Origin: Niveibacterium sp.
Lineage (GTDB): Bacteria > Pseudomonadota > Gammaproteobacteria > Burkholderiales > Rhodocyclaceae
Assembly: GCF_041909475.1 (NCBI RefSeq)
Contig: NZ_JAYRDJ010000019.1
Location: 11,283 to 75,282 of the forward strand
Direction: 5' to 3'
Length of the DNA stretch: 64,000 bases
Both the position numbers and the translations under genes were made by a program. A model generated the notes under the pieces. It made no database searches and had not been told where the DNA came from. It saw only the letters and a program-made list of their open reading frames with translations. Positions 41,372-51,742 of this stretch are shown in pieces (within the stretch, counting starts at the first letter, position 1; each line of letters opens with the position of its first letter).

Positions 41372-41456
41372 CGCGCCTGGCAGCGCGATGCCCTGGTGGG
41401 CCTCGTAACGCGAAGCGCTAGCGCGCCTCGCAGCGCGAGCCCCTAGTGGGCCTCGT
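41366..41456. repeat. Imperfect tandem direct repeat (41 bp, period 50) at the hutI/polA convergence
   Basis: 41366-41406 vs 41416-41456, 37 of 41 positions identical. Confidence 0.85.
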
Positions 41457-44238
41457 CCCAGTTGGCGCCGGCGCCGACTTCGACCACCAGCGGCACTTTC
41501 AAGGCCGCCGCGCCGCTCATCAGTTCCGCGAGCGTTGGCTTCACGACATCGAGCTCGCCCTGCGGCACTTCGAGCACCAGTTCGTCGTGCACCTGCAGCA
41601 GCAGTTTCGATTGCAGCGTACTGCCCTGCAGCCAGTCATACACCCGACGCATCGCGATCTTGACGATGTCCGCGGCGGTGCCTTGCATCGGTGCGTTGAT
41701 CGCGGCGCGTTCTGCACCCTGGCGACGGCCGACCTGCGCGGCGCGGATCTCGGGCAGCATCAGGCGGCGGCCGAATACCGTTTCGACGTAACCGTGATCG
41801 CGCGCGAAGTGGCGCGTCTCTTCCATGTAGCGGGCGACGCCGGGGTAGCGCGCGAAGTAGCGGTCGATATAGGCCTGTGCGGCGCTGCGTTCGAGGTCAA
41901 GCGCCTTCGCCAGCCCGTGTGCGCTCATGCCGTAGATGAGGCCGAAGTTGATCGCCTTGGCGTAGCGGCGCTGTTCGCTGGTGACCTCCGACGGCACGAG
42001 GCCGAACACCTCTGCGGCGGTGGCGCGGTGCACATCCAGCCCTTGCGCGAAGGCTTCGAGCAAGCCCGCATCGTCGGACAGGTGCGCCATGATGCGCAGC
42101 TCGATCTGCGAGTAGTCCGCCGACACGATGACGTTGCCCGGCGCGGCGATGAAGGCCGCGCGGATGCGACGCCCTTCTTCGGTGCGCACCGGGATGTTCT
42201 GCAGGTTCGGTTCGGAACTCGACAGCCGGCCGGTGACGGCACCGGCCTGCGAGAAGCTGGTATGCACCCGCCCGGTGTTCGGGTTCACCGAGCGCGGCAG
42301 TTTGTCGGTGTAGGTGCTCTTCAGCTTCGCCATGCTGCGGTATTCGAGCAGCAGTTTGGGCAGCGGATAGTCGAGCGCCAGCTGTTGCAGCACTTCTTCA
42401 TCGGTCGAGGGCTGGCCGCCGGGGGTCTTCTTGATCACCGGCAGCTTCTCGCGCTCGAACAGGATTTCCTGGATCTGTTTGGGGCTGTTGAGGTTGAAGG
42501 GCTGCTTGGCGAGCGCGTGGGCTTCGGCCTCCAGCTCCAGCATGCGGCGGCCGAGCGTGTCGGACTGACGCAGCAGCAGGTCGCGGTCGATCAGCACGCC
42601 GTTGCGCTCCATCGCCCACAGCACTTCCATCGCCGGCATCTCGACCTCGCGGTAAAGCTTGGCCAGCGCGGCGTCGCTGGTCACGCGCGGCAGCAACACG
42701 TTGTGCACCCGCAACGTGGCGTCGGCGTCTTCGGCGGCGTATTCGGTCGCCCGCGCGATCGCAACTTCATGGAAGCCGATCTGGTTGGCACCCTTGCCGC
42801 ACACATCGGTGTAGCTCAGCGTATCGAGCATGCCGGCGTGGCGCTTGGCGAGCTGGTCGAGGTCGTGGCCCTTGTCGCTCTCGACGACGAAGGATTCGAG
42901 CAGCGTATCGTGCTCGACGCCCCGCAAGCGGATGCCGTGGTTGGCCAGCACATGCATGTCGTACTTCAGGTTCTGGCCTACTTTGCGGTGGGCATCGGAT
43001 TCGAACCAGCCGCGCAGCTTGTTGAGCACCTCGGCGAGCGGCAGCTGCGCGGGCGCATCGGGGTAGTGGTGCGTCAGTGGCAGGTAGGCGGCCTCACCCT
43101 CCTGCACGCTGAAGCTCATGCCGACGAGGCGCGCGAGCATCGGGTCGAGGCTGTCGGTTTCGGTGTCGAAGGCCGTCAGCGGTGCTGCGCTGATCTTCGC
43201 CAGCCAGGCGTCGAAGGTCTGCCAGTCGAGGATCGTGACGTAGGCGGCGCGATGCGCACCGGCATCATCCAGCAGCGAAGCCTGCGCCGGCATGGCGGCA
43301 ACCTCAGGCTTTGCGGCAGGCGCGGACGACTCCTCGGCAGCGGCGTCGCCACCACCCAGCGCGGCGCGCGCCTCCTTGAGCCAGGTGCGGAATTGCAGGC
43401 GCTCGAACCATTCGGCCAGCGTCTCGTTCTGGCTGATGCCAAACGCCAGCTGATCGAGCGTCACCGGCAGTTCGCAATCGGTTTCGATCGTGACGAGCTT
43501 GCGACCAAGCGGCAGGAAGTCCAGGTGCTTGCGCAAGTTATCGCCGACCACGCCGCCGATCGCCCAGTCCTCCTTCTTGCCCTTGGCAACCTTCTGCTGC
43601 GCGGCAGCGACCACGCCATCGAGCGAGTCGAATTCAGACAGCCACTTCACCGCGGTCTTGGGCCCGCACTTCTCGACGCCCGGCACGTTGTCCACCGCAT
43701 CGCCGACCAGCGCAAGGTAGTCGATGATGCGCGTCGGCGGCACGCCGAACTTGGCGAGTACGCCGGCTTCGTCAAGCACCTCGTTGCTCATCGTGTTCAC
43801 CAGCTTCACGCGCGGCGTGACGAGCTGGGCCATGTCCTTGTCGCCGGTCGAGATCACCACGTCATAGCCGGCCGCTTCCCCGCGCCGGGCCAGCGTGCCG
43901 ATCACATCATCGGCCTCGATGCCTTCGACCATCACGATCGGCCAGCCCATCGCCTGCACGCAGGCGTGGATCGGTTCGATCTGCAAGCGCAAGTCGTCCG
44001 GCATCGGCGGGCGATGTGCCTTGTAGTCGGGGAACAGGTCTTCGCGGAAGGTCTTGCCCTTGGCATCAAAGACACAGGCAAGCCGGTCTGCCTTGTAGTC
44101 ACCCAGTAGCCGGCGTAGCATGTTCAGCACCCCGAACACCGCGCCAGTAGGCTCTCCGCGAGCATTTCGCATGTCAGGCATGGCATGGAATGCGCGGTAC
44201 AGATAAGAGGATCCGTCGACCAGCAGAAGCGTCGGCAT
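41443..44238 (-). CDS. polA: DNA polymerase I
   Basis: LVDGSSYLYRAFHA 5'-3' exonuclease, FDTET 3'-5' exonuclease, DYSQIELR, AKAINFGLIYG, QVHDE. Confidence 0.99.
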   Translation of the reverse strand: MPTLLLVDGSSYLYRAFHAMPDMRNARGEPTGAVFGVLNMLRRLLGDYKADRLACVFDAKGKTFREDLFPDYKAHRPPMPDDLRLQIEPIHACVQAMGWPIVMVEGIEADDVIGTLARRGEAAGYDVVISTGDKDMAQLVTPRVKLVNTMSNEVLDEAGVLAKFGVPPTRIIDYLALVGDAVDNVPGVEKCGPKTAVKWLSEFDSLDGVVAAAQQKVAKGKKEDWAIGGVVGDNLRKHLDFLPLGRKLVTIETDCELPVTLDQLAFGISQNETLAEWFERLQFRTWLKEARAALGGGDAAAEESSAPAAKPEVAAMPAQASLLDDAGAHRAAYVTILDWQTFDAWLAKISAAPLTAFDTETDSLDPMLARLVGMSFSVQEGEAAYLPLTHHYPDAPAQLPLAEVLNKLRGWFESDAHRKVGQNLKYDMHVLANHGIRLRGVEHDTLLESFVVESDKGHDLDQLAKRHAGMLDTLSYTDVCGKGANQIGFHEVAIARATEYAAEDADATLRVHNVLLPRVTSDAALAKLYREVEMPAMEVLWAMERNGVLIDRDLLLRQSDTLGRRMLELEAEAHALAKQPFNLNSPKQIQEILFEREKLPVIKKTPGGQPSTDEEVLQQLALDYPLPKLLLEYRSMAKLKSTYTDKLPRSVNPNTGRVHTSFSQAGAVTGRLSSSEPNLQNIPVRTEEGRRIRAAFIAAPGNVIVSADYSQIELRIMAHLSDDAGLLEAFAQGLDVHRATAAEVFGLVPSEVTSEQRRYAKAINFGLIYGMSAHGLAKALDLERSAAQAYIDRYFARYPGVARYMEETRHFARDHGYVETVFGRRLMLPEIRAAQVGRRQGAERAAINAPMQGTAADIVKIAMRRVYDWLQGSTLQSKLLLQVHDELVLEVPQGELDVVKPTLAELMSGAAALKVPLVVEVGAGANWDEAH

Positions 44239-44313
44239 GGGTATTCAACCGGTGAGCGCGGCAGGTGTCGTGCCGGTACCGGCACCACATCGATCCTGCG
44301 ACGAAAGACAAGA

Positions 44314-45042
44314 ATGAGCGCGAAAGAGAAACTCCCGCCCGTAACCACCGCAACGCCCGGCACGCACAACCAGATGGCGCGCGAGGCATGGCGGATCTTT
44401 GGAATTATGGCAGAGTTCGTCGAGGCGACTGAGCGTCTCGCGCCGATCCGCCCGGCTGTCAGCATCTTCGGCAGCGCCCGCACGAAGCCCGACGATCCGT
44501 ACTACGAGAAAGCCGAGAAGATCGCGCGCCTGCTGTCGGATTCCGGCTTCTCGGTGATCTCCGGCGGCGGCCCCGGCATCATGGAGGCGGCCAACAAGGG
44601 CGCCTACTTCGGCAGCTCGCCCTCGGTCGGCCTCAACATCCAGTTGCCGATGGAGCAGCACGGCAACCCGTATCAGGACATCTCGCAGACCTTCCACCAC
44701 TTCTTCGCGCGCAAGTACATGTTCGTGAAGTGCGCCAGCGCGTACGTGGTGATGCCCGGCGGCTTCGGCACGCTGGACGAACTGATGGAGGCGCTGACGC
44801 TGATCCAGACCGGCAAGAGCCGGCCGATCCCGGTGATCCTGGTGCATTCGCCGTTCTGGAAGGGGCTGATCGACTGGTTCCGCGAGCGCTTGGTGGCCGA
44901 GAAGATGGTCAACCCGGAAGACCTCGATCTGATCCAGGTGCTGGACTCGCCGGAAGATGTGGTCGAGGCGATCTTCAAACACTACGAGCATCGTGGATTC
45001 GAGCCGCTGCCGGGCGAGCACGAGCTGATGCTCAACCTGTAG
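44314..45042 (+). CDS. TIGR00730/LOG-family Rossmann-fold protein
   Basis: SIFGSAR, SGGGPGIMEAANKGA, PGGFGTLDE. Confidence 0.93.
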   Translation: MSAKEKLPPVTTATPGTHNQMAREAWRIFGIMAEFVEATERLAPIRPAVSIFGSARTKPDDPYYEKAEKIARLLSDSGFSVISGGGPGIMEAANKGAYFGSSPSVGLNIQLPMEQHGNPYQDISQTFHHFFARKYMFVKCASAYVVMPGGFGTLDELMEALTLIQTGKSRPIPVILVHSPFWKGLIDWFRERLVAEKMVNPEDLDLIQVLDSPEDVVEAIFKHYEHRGFEPLPGEHELMLNL

Positions 45043-45052
45043 GAGGCACACC

Positions 45053-45394
45053 ATGCCCCACACACTCCGCAATCTATTCGCGATCGCCCTGCTTGCCGCG
45101 GCGCCGGTGATGGCGCAGGACAAGCCGCCCAAACTCGAACCGATCCCCGAACCGCCACCGCCGCCGGCCGGCGTCGTCGACACCGACGAAGCGCCGGAAG
45201 TCACCGTATCGACGCGCGGTGAGGACAAGATCGAGGAGTACCGCATCAAGGGTCGGCTCTACATGATCAAGGTGACGCCCAAGGTCGGGAAACCCTACTA
45301 CCTGGTCGACCACAAAGGCGACGGCGTGTTTTCGCGCGCGGATGACAACGAACGCAGCCTGTCGGTGCCGATGTGGCTGATCAAGTCCTGGTAA
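45053..45394 (+). CDS. DUF2782 domain exported protein
   Basis: Signal peptide, IEEYR..G.LYMIKVTP..G.PYYLVD, P.W.I.SW. Confidence 0.85.
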   Translation: MPHTLRNLFAIALLAAAPVMAQDKPPKLEPIPEPPPPPAGVVDTDEAPEVTVSTRGEDKIEEYRIKGRLYMIKVTPKVGKPYYLVDHKGDGVFSRADDNERSLSVPMWLIKSW

Positions 45395-45433
45395 GCCGCT
45401 GGCGCGGCACTGTGCTGCCAGCAAACTGAAACG

Positions 45434-46378
45434 ATGTCCGTCTTCACCACCGTCACTCCGGAACAGATGCACGACTGGCTCGCCGGCTACGCCGTCGGCC
45501 GGCTGGTCGAGCTGCGCGGCATCGAAGCCGGCGTGCAGAACAGCAATTTCTTCGTCACGACCACGCTCGGCCGCTATGTGCTGACGCTGTTCGAAAGCGT
45601 GCCGCGCGCCGAGCTGCCGTACTACCTGCACCTGATGGCGCATCTTTCCCGCCACGGCCTGCCGGTGCCGGCGCCAATCGCCAACCGTGACAATGACTAC
45701 CTCGGCCCCCTCGCTGGCCGCCCGGCCGTGATGGTGATGCGGCTCGCCGGCCGCTCCGAAATGGCGCCCACCGTGGCGCAGTGCGAACGCCTCGGGGCGA
45801 TGCTCGCCGGGCTGCATCTGGCCGGCATGTCCTACGGCCGCAGGCAGGACAACTCGCGCGGCCCGGCCTGGCGAGAACGCGCCGCGGCGGCGGTGCTGCC
45901 GCAGCTTGCACCGGGCGACCGCGCACTGCTGGAAGCCGAGCTGATCGTGCAGCGCGGGCTGGACGACCTCGATCTGCCGACCGGCACGATCCACGCCGAC
46001 CTGTTCCGCGACAATGTGCTGTGGGATGGTGAGCACGTCGGCGGCGTGATCGACTTCTACTTCGCCTGCACCGACGCGCTGCTGTTCGATGTAGCCGTCA
46101 CGCTCAACGACTGGTGCGGTCGTGCCGACGCCACGCTGGACCCGGCGCGCGCCAGCGCCTTCCTGCGTGCCTACCACGCCGACCGGCCGTTCACGCGCGC
46201 CGAACGCGAAGCCTGGCCGGCGATGCTACGCCGCGCGGCCTTGCGCTTCTGGCTCTCGCGGCTGGAAGACTTCCACCGCCCGCGCGAAGGCGAAATGGTG
46301 CTGGTGAAAAACCCGGACGAATTCCGCGAGATCCTGCGTACGCGCATCGCACAGCCCGGTGTGGTCCCCCTGCCGTGA
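45434..46378 (+). CDS. thrB: Homoserine kinase (type II, APH-like)
   Basis: MSVFT, GVQNSNFF, LTLFE, IHADLFRDN, IDFYFAC, RFWLSRL. Confidence 0.95.
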   Translation: MSVFTTVTPEQMHDWLAGYAVGRLVELRGIEAGVQNSNFFVTTTLGRYVLTLFESVPRAELPYYLHLMAHLSRHGLPVPAPIANRDNDYLGPLAGRPAVMVMRLAGRSEMAPTVAQCERLGAMLAGLHLAGMSYGRRQDNSRGPAWRERAAAAVLPQLAPGDRALLEAELIVQRGLDDLDLPTGTIHADLFRDNVLWDGEHVGGVIDFYFACTDALLFDVAVTLNDWCGRADATLDPARASAFLRAYHADRPFTRAEREAWPAMLRRAALRFWLSRLEDFHRPREGEMVLVKNPDEFREILRTRIAQPGVVPLP

Positions 46379-46465
46379 GACATCCGCGCCGGCCGCCAGC
46401 GCGGAAAACGCTGCGCATTTGGTAGCATCCGCATCCCGCCGCCCCGATCGCACGACCCGCCTGCC

Positions 46466-47203
46466 ATGCATGCTCATAACCTCCCCACCCCGGCCGAAGT
46501 CCCGGCCAGCCGCGCGCTGAGCTGGTTTCGCGAAGGCTGGCGCCTGTTTCTGGCGCACCCCGCCGTGTGGGCCATGATGGGTGCCGCGACCTTTCTGGTA
46601 CTCGCGATCGCCGTATGGCTGCCACTGATCGGCCGCGTGCTGGCGATGGTCGTACTACAGGTACTGGCCGGCGGCATGGTCGCCGCCGCCCACCATTCGC
46701 GTGAAACCGGCGCGCTGAAGATCAACGAACTATGGGACGGCCTGCGCCAGCACGCCGCCAACCTGGCGATGATCGGCGTGCTGCAAGGCATCGCGCTGAC
46801 TGCAGCGGGCATCCTCACTTTTGTCACCAGCCTTGTCCTTGGCTTGCTGCTCGATATCACCGGCCTCGCGGGTTTTGACTGGATCACGCTCGCGCTGAGC
46901 TGGGTGGCGGATATCTTCGTGTCCTTCGTCGTCGTGATGGGCATGTTGCTGGCGCTGTGGTTCGCGCCGGCACTGGTGATGCTCAACCGCGCATCCCCCT
47001 TCGATGCGATGCGCCTGTCCTTCCGCGCCGCGCTGCGCAACACCGGCGCCAGTGCGCTGGTCGGCGGCGTGCTCGTGCTGGGTGTGCCGCTGGCGATCAC
47101 GCTGACTTTCGGCTTCGGCATCGTCGTCGTGATCCCGCTGGTCGCCACCACGATCTACGCATCGTGGCGTGACGTGTTCGCCAACACCGGCGCCGGGGCC
47201 TGA
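46466..47203 (+). CDS. BPSS1780-family membrane protein, copy 1
   Basis: V.A......W...GW.LF, WFAPAL, S..A.LRN, IY.SWRDVF; follows thrB. Confidence 0.8.
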   Translation: MHAHNLPTPAEVPASRALSWFREGWRLFLAHPAVWAMMGAATFLVLAIAVWLPLIGRVLAMVVLQVLAGGMVAAAHHSRETGALKINELWDGLRQHAANLAMIGVLQGIALTAAGILTFVTSLVLGLLLDITGLAGFDWITLALSWVADIFVSFVVVMGMLLALWFAPALVMLNRASPFDAMRLSFRAALRNTGASALVGGVLVLGVPLAITLTFGFGIVVVIPLVATTIYASWRDVFANTGAGA

Positions 47204-47204
47204 G

Positions 47205-48017
47205 ATGCAGGCGCACAAACTGCCCGCCTCGCGCGGCTGGGCCTGGGTCAAGGCCGGTTTCGCGCTGTACCGGCGCAATCCGTTTGCACTCGCAGCCAAC
47301 GTGATGCTGATGTGGCTGGTGCTGATGTTCGCCGGCATGATGCTGGTGCCGCTGCTGGTCACGGTGTTGCCCGAATCGGTAGCGCCCTGGATCGCGCAGG
47401 CACCGCTCGCACTCTTGCTACCCGCCCTGTCGGTCGGTGTGTTCAACGTCTGCCGGACAATCGAACAGGGCGACACGGTGCTGCCGTTCTCGCTCTTCTC
47501 GGGCTTCCAGCGCAATCTGCGCGAGCTGGTCGTGCTGGGTCTGATCTACTACGTCGGCAGCCTGCTGGCGCTCGCGCTGACCACGGCCTGGGACGGCGGC
47601 CTGCTGATCGACGTGATGCAGGGCCGGCGCAAGCTCGACGACCCGGCCCTCGACGCCGACGCCTTGATGCGCTCCGCGCTGATGCTGATGGGCCTGACGA
47701 TGCCGGTGATGATGGCCAACTGGTTCGCGCCTCTGCTGACCGCCTGGCGCGAGGTGCCGCCGGTGAAAGCCGCGTTCTTCAGCTTCATCGCTTTCTGGCG
47801 CAACTTCGCGGCCTTTCTGGTATTCGGGCTCGCCGTCGCATTGGTGCTGTGGCTGATCCCGGGCGTGATCGGCGCGGTGATCGCGATGGCCTCGCCTACG
47901 CTCGGCGCGTCGATCGCGATGATGTTGCCGATGCTGCTGATCCCCGGCCTTTACGGGGCCTTCTACGCCAACGCGCTGGACGTCTTCCCGGGCCTGCAGG
48001 ATGGTCCGCTCGCCTGA
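47205..48017 (+). CDS. BPSS1780-family membrane protein, copy 2
   Basis: LPASRG..WVKAGF.L, WFAPLL, SF.AF.RN, Y....DVF. Confidence 0.8.
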   Translation: MQAHKLPASRGWAWVKAGFALYRRNPFALAANVMLMWLVLMFAGMMLVPLLVTVLPESVAPWIAQAPLALLLPALSVGVFNVCRTIEQGDTVLPFSLFSGFQRNLRELVVLGLIYYVGSLLALALTTAWDGGLLIDVMQGRRKLDDPALDADALMRSALMLMGLTMPVMMANWFAPLLTAWREVPPVKAAFFSFIAFWRNFAAFLVFGLAVALVLWLIPGVIGAVIAMASPTLGASIAMMLPMLLIPGLYGAFYANALDVFPGLQDGPLA

Positions 48018-48693
48018 GCTCGCGCCGCTCGGCATCCTCGGCGGCACCTTCGACCCGATCCACTTCGGCCACCTGAGGCTTGCCGAAGAGGCTCGCCAGC
48101 AGCTGGGGCTCGCCCGCGTACGCCTGATTCCGGCTGGCCGCCCCGCCCACCGCGGCGCGCCCGGCGCGCGAGCGGAACAACGCCTGGCGATGACGCAGCT
48201 GGCCGCCGCCGGCAACGCTACGCTGGAAGTCGATGCCGCGGAGGTCCTCAGCAACGCACCGAGCTACACCGTGCCGACACTGGAACGCCTGCGCCGCGAA
48301 CTGGGCGCACAGCAACCGCTTGTGTTGCTGCTGGGGGCTGACGCCTTCGCCGGCCTGCCGACCTGGCATCGCTGGCGCAGCCTGTTCGAGCTTGCCCACA
48401 TTGCCGTCGCAACCCGGCCCGGCCATTCGCTCGCCCCCCACGCGCTGTCGCCCGAGCTGGCGGCCGTGTGCGACGAACGAAGCACCGATGCAAGCGCGCT
48501 GGCGACGTCGCCAGCCGGCTGCATCCTGCGTTTCCCGATCACCCCGCTCGACATTTCAGCCACCGCCATCCGCAGCGCCTGCGCGCGCCTAGAGAGCCCG
48601 CGCTACCTGTTGCCGGATGGGGTTGTCGACTATATTGCCCAGCACCGCCTCTATCGCGAGGCGCCCTGCGAACCGGAGGAAGAACCGTCCTGA
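48001..48693 (+). CDS. nadD: Nicotinate-nucleotide adenylyltransferase
   Basis: GGTFDPIHFGHL (HxGH), SYTV.TL, LLGAD, ISAT.IR. Confidence 0.96.
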   Translation: MVRSPELAPLGILGGTFDPIHFGHLRLAEEARQQLGLARVRLIPAGRPAHRGAPGARAEQRLAMTQLAAAGNATLEVDAAEVLSNAPSYTVPTLERLRRELGAQQPLVLLLGADAFAGLPTWHRWRSLFELAHIAVATRPGHSLAPHALSPELAAVCDERSTDASALATSPAGCILRFPITPLDISATAIRSACARLESPRYLLPDGVVDYIAQHRLYREAPCEPEEEPS

Positions 48694-49064
48694 TGAATAT
48701 CGCCAAGCTTGAAAAAGTGGTCGTCGACGCCCTTGAAGACATCAAGGCCAAAGATATCGACGTCATCAATACCACCCGCCTCACCTCGCTGTTTGACCGC
48801 ATCGTGATCGCGAGTGGCGATTCCAACCGCCAGACCAAGGCGCTCGCCCGGCATGTGCAGGACAAGGTCCGCGAAGCCGGTGGCGAAGTGATCAGCGTCG
48901 AAGGCGAACAGACCGGCGAATGGGTGCTGGTCGACCTCGGCGACATCGTCGTGCACGTGATGCAGCCTGCCGTACGCAGCTACTACAACCTGGAAGAGAT
49001 CTGGTCGCATACGCCGGTTCGCCGCCGCCCGCATGCGGCCGAGGCGCACGGCGAAGCGCTCTGA
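48693..49064 (+). CDS. rsfS: Ribosome silencing factor
   Basis: [29 protein letters not shown]....R.YYNLEEIW. Confidence 0.96.
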   Translation: MNIAKLEKVVVDALEDIKAKDIDVINTTRLTSLFDRIVIASGDSNRQTKALARHVQDKVREAGGEVISVEGEQTGEWVLVDLGDIVVHVMQPAVRSYYNLEEIWSHTPVRRRPHAAEAHGEAL

Positions 49065-49534
49065 TGCGGCTCGCGATCCTCGCCGTCGGCACCCGCATGC
49101 CGGGCTGGGTCGATGAGGCCTTCGGCGACTTCGCCAAGCGCATGCCGCGTGAATGCACGCTCGATCTGGTCGAGGTCAAGGCCGAACCGCGCAGCGGTGG
49201 CAAGACCGCCGAGCAGATGATGGCCGCCGAAGCCGAGCGCATCCGCGCCGCACTGCCGCCGCGCGCACGGCTGGTGATCCTCGACGAGCGCGGCGAAGAC
49301 CTGAGCACCAAGTCACTCGCGCAACGGCTGGAGCGCTGGCTGGGTGCGGGTGACGATGTTGCGCTGGTGATCGGCGGGCCGGACGGGCTCGACCCGACAC
49401 TCAAACAGGCGGCACACGAGAAGATCCGCCTTTCGTCGCTGACCCTGCCGCACGCGATGGTGCGTGTGCTGCTGGCCGAGGCGCTGTACCGCGCCTGGAG
49501 CGTGACGAAGAACCACCCTTACCACCGCGAGTGA
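49064..49534 (+). CDS. rlmH: 23S rRNA pseudouridine-1915 N3-methyltransferase
   Basis: [31 protein letters not shown]. Confidence 0.97.
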   Translation: MRLAILAVGTRMPGWVDEAFGDFAKRMPRECTLDLVEVKAEPRSGGKTAEQMMAAEAERIRAALPPRARLVILDERGEDLSTKSLAQRLERWLGAGDDVALVIGGPDGLDPTLKQAAHEKIRLSSLTLPHAMVRVLLAEALYRAWSVTKNHPYHRE

Positions 49535-50163
49535 GCGGCAGAATCGCCCGCATGTTGCCACCCAGAATCTACCTCGCCTCCCGCAGCCCGCGCCGCCGCG
49601 AGCTGCTGCACCAGATCGGCGTCGCGTTCGACACGCTGCTGTTCCGCGCCCCACCGCGCGAAGACGCCGACGTGGCCGAGGATGTGCTACCCGGCGAGCA
49701 CCCCGACGCCTACGTGGTCCGCGTTGCCCGCGCCAAGGCGCAGGGCGGCTGGACGCGGCTCGCCTGGCGCAATCTGGTGCCACGGCCGGTGCTGTCCGCC
49801 GATACCACGATCGACCTCGACGGCGAGATCATCGGCAAGCCGGCCGACGAGGCCGATGCCGCGGCGATCCTGCGTCGCCTCGCCGGCCGCAGCCATCGTG
49901 TGCTGACCGCAATCGCGATGGCGGACGGGCAACGCATCGATCACCGGCTCTCGGTCAGCGAAGTGCGTTTCGGCGAGCTGAGTGACGAGGACATCCGGCG
50001 CTACGTGAGCAGTGGCGAGCCGATGGACAAGGCGGGCGCCTACGGCATACAGGGTCGTGCGGGCGCATTCATCGCTGAGATCCGCGGCTCCTACACCGGC
50101 ATCGTCGGCCTGCCGCTGCACGAAACCGCGCAGCTGCTGCGCGAGTTCGGCTACCCGGCCTGA
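49531..50163 (+). CDS. maf: Maf/YhdE nucleoside triphosphate pyrophosphatase
   Basis: [33 protein letters not shown]. Confidence 0.95.
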   Translation: MSGRIARMLPPRIYLASRSPRRRELLHQIGVAFDTLLFRAPPREDADVAEDVLPGEHPDAYVVRVARAKAQGGWTRLAWRNLVPRPVLSADTTIDLDGEIIGKPADEADAAAILRRLAGRSHRVLTAIAMADGQRIDHRLSVSEVRFGELSDEDIRRYVSSGEPMDKAGAYGIQGRAGAFIAEIRGSYTGIVGLPLHETAQLLREFGYPA

Positions 50164-50179
50164 CGCACCCGCTGCGGCA

Positions 50180-51742
50180 TCACTCCGCGTAAAGCCGCAC
50201 CGCGTTGCGGCCTTCCTTCTTGGCGCCGTACATCGCAGCATCGGCACGCCGCATCAGTTCATCCGGTGCACTCGTAGCCGCGCAGGTCATCGCCACCCCG
50301 ATGCTGGCCCCCACCGCTACGTCGGCTCCGCTGTCGAGCGTGATCGGCGCCAGCACCGCTTCGCGTACCTTGTTCAGGATCGCGGTCGCGGCGTCCGCTT
50401 CGGTCACGCCGTCGAGCAGCAGCACGAATTCGTCGCCGCCCGGCCGCGCTACGGTGTCGGTGCGGCGCACCGCCCGCTCCAGCCTTTGCGCCACGACGCG
50501 CAACACATGGTCACCCGCGTCGTGTCCGTGCGTGTCATTGATCTGTTTGAACCAGTCGAGGTCGATCATGGCGAGCGCGAAGCCACGCGCCGGGTCGCGG
50601 GTGTGTTCGGCGAGCATGTTGGCGAGGCGACGGTTGAGGCCGAGGCGGTTCATCGCGCCGGTCAGGCTGTCGGTAATCGCCAGCTCCTGCGCAGCCTCCT
50701 CGGCGCGCTTGCGGTCCGAAATATCGTTCGCAAGCCCCTGCAGGGCGCCGCCGCCGGCCGGTGTCAGCACGATCTGGATCCAGCGCTGCAGGCCGCTCTC
50801 CTCCGTCAGCACGAAGTCTTCGGAGACCGAACGCTGGCGTTCAATGCAACGCGCACGCAAGGCGTCGAGCGCCGCCGCCAGCGGCGGCAGCAGCTCGGCC
50901 AGCGTGGGGCTCTCATGCGGTGAATGGGGCCCGCCCAGCACGCGAACGCAGGCGGGGTTCCAGGATTGCAGGCGGCCATCCGCAGTCAGTGTGAACAACC
51001 CGGTTTCCGCATTCTCGAAGATCAGCCGCAGGCGCTGCTCATCCAGCTCGCGCTGTTCGCGCAGGCTGCGTTCGGTGCGGATCAGCCCGGAGAAGCCGGC
51101 GATCAGCGCATTGGTGTCGCGCACCAGACGCCCGAGCTCGTCCTCATCGTGGCCCCGCGGGGTGGGAATCTCGCCGCCCTCCTTGCCCTCGATGCGATGG
51201 AGACTGTTGGAGATCAGCCGGATCGGGCGCGTCACGAACACGCTGACGGCCATCAGCGCCGCCAGCACCACCGCCAGCATCTGCCCGCCCATCAGCGCCG
51301 CCACACGCCAGGCGCGCTCATGGGCCACTTCGCGGATCAAAGCCTCACTTGGCTCGACACGGATCTCGCAGATGGTTTCGCTTTCCGAGAACGGCGAGTG
51401 GACTGCGCGTGTCAGCAGGTCGGCACCGGAAGGCGGGCCGCCCACCTCGGCGATCGTGGTCTTGCCAACGCGGATATCGGCGCGGCGGACGTAGGGATTC
51501 TTGATCAGGCCGTCGAGCGACTGTTTCGCCAGCACCCGATCATCGACGAAGCAGGCGGTGCTGACCGTGCCTTCCACCGCATCGATCAGCGCGATGCTCT
51601 GGCGCTGCATCGCCTCGCGCTCCTGCACGAGCACGAAGGGCAAGGTGGCAAGCGCAAAGGCGACACCGACCACACCGCCAACGAGCAGGATGATCGCCGT
51701 GGTGCGCAGGCCGAGATTGCGGCGGACCAGCCTCAGCATCAC
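50180..51742 (-). CDS. Membrane diguanylate cyclase (2 TM-HAMP-PAS-GGDEF)
   Basis: Two TM segments, DELG.L HAMP, PAS (NPA), D.LTGA.NR, DLD.FK.IND.HGH.AGD, RRTD I-site, intact GGDEF. Confidence 0.92.
   Translation of the reverse strand: MMLRLVRRNLGLRTTAIILLVGGVVGVAFALATLPFVLVQEREAMQRQSIALIDAVEGTVSTACFVDDRVLAKQSLDGLIKNPYVRRADIRVGKTTIAEVGGPPSGADLLTRAVHSPFSESETICEIRVEPSEALIREVAHERAWRVAALMGGQMLAVVLAALMAVSVFVTRPIRLISNSLHRIEGKEGGEIPTPRGHDEDELGRLVRDTNALIAGFSGLIRTERSLREQRELDEQRLRLIFENAETGLFTLTADGRLQSWNPACVRVLGGPHSPHESPTLAELLPPLAAALDALRARCIERQRSVSEDFVLTEESGLQRWIQIVLTPAGGGALQGLANDISDRKRAEEAAQELAITDSLTGAMNRLGLNRRLANMLAEHTRDPARGFALAMIDLDWFKQINDTHGHDAGDHVLRVVAQRLERAVRRTDTVARPGGDEFVLLLDGVTEADAATAILNKVREAVLAPITLDSGADVAVGASIGVAMTCAATSAPDELMRRADAAMYGAKKEGRNAVRLYAE

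Noticed and set aside
41446-44109. 887-aa plus-strand ORF opposite polA; similar long ORFs opposite glnA (4996..6441), hutU (36233..37774), ntrC and rng
   Set aside because: Antisense shadows expected from high-GC codon bias; no recognisable motifs, and they fully overlap well-supported genes.
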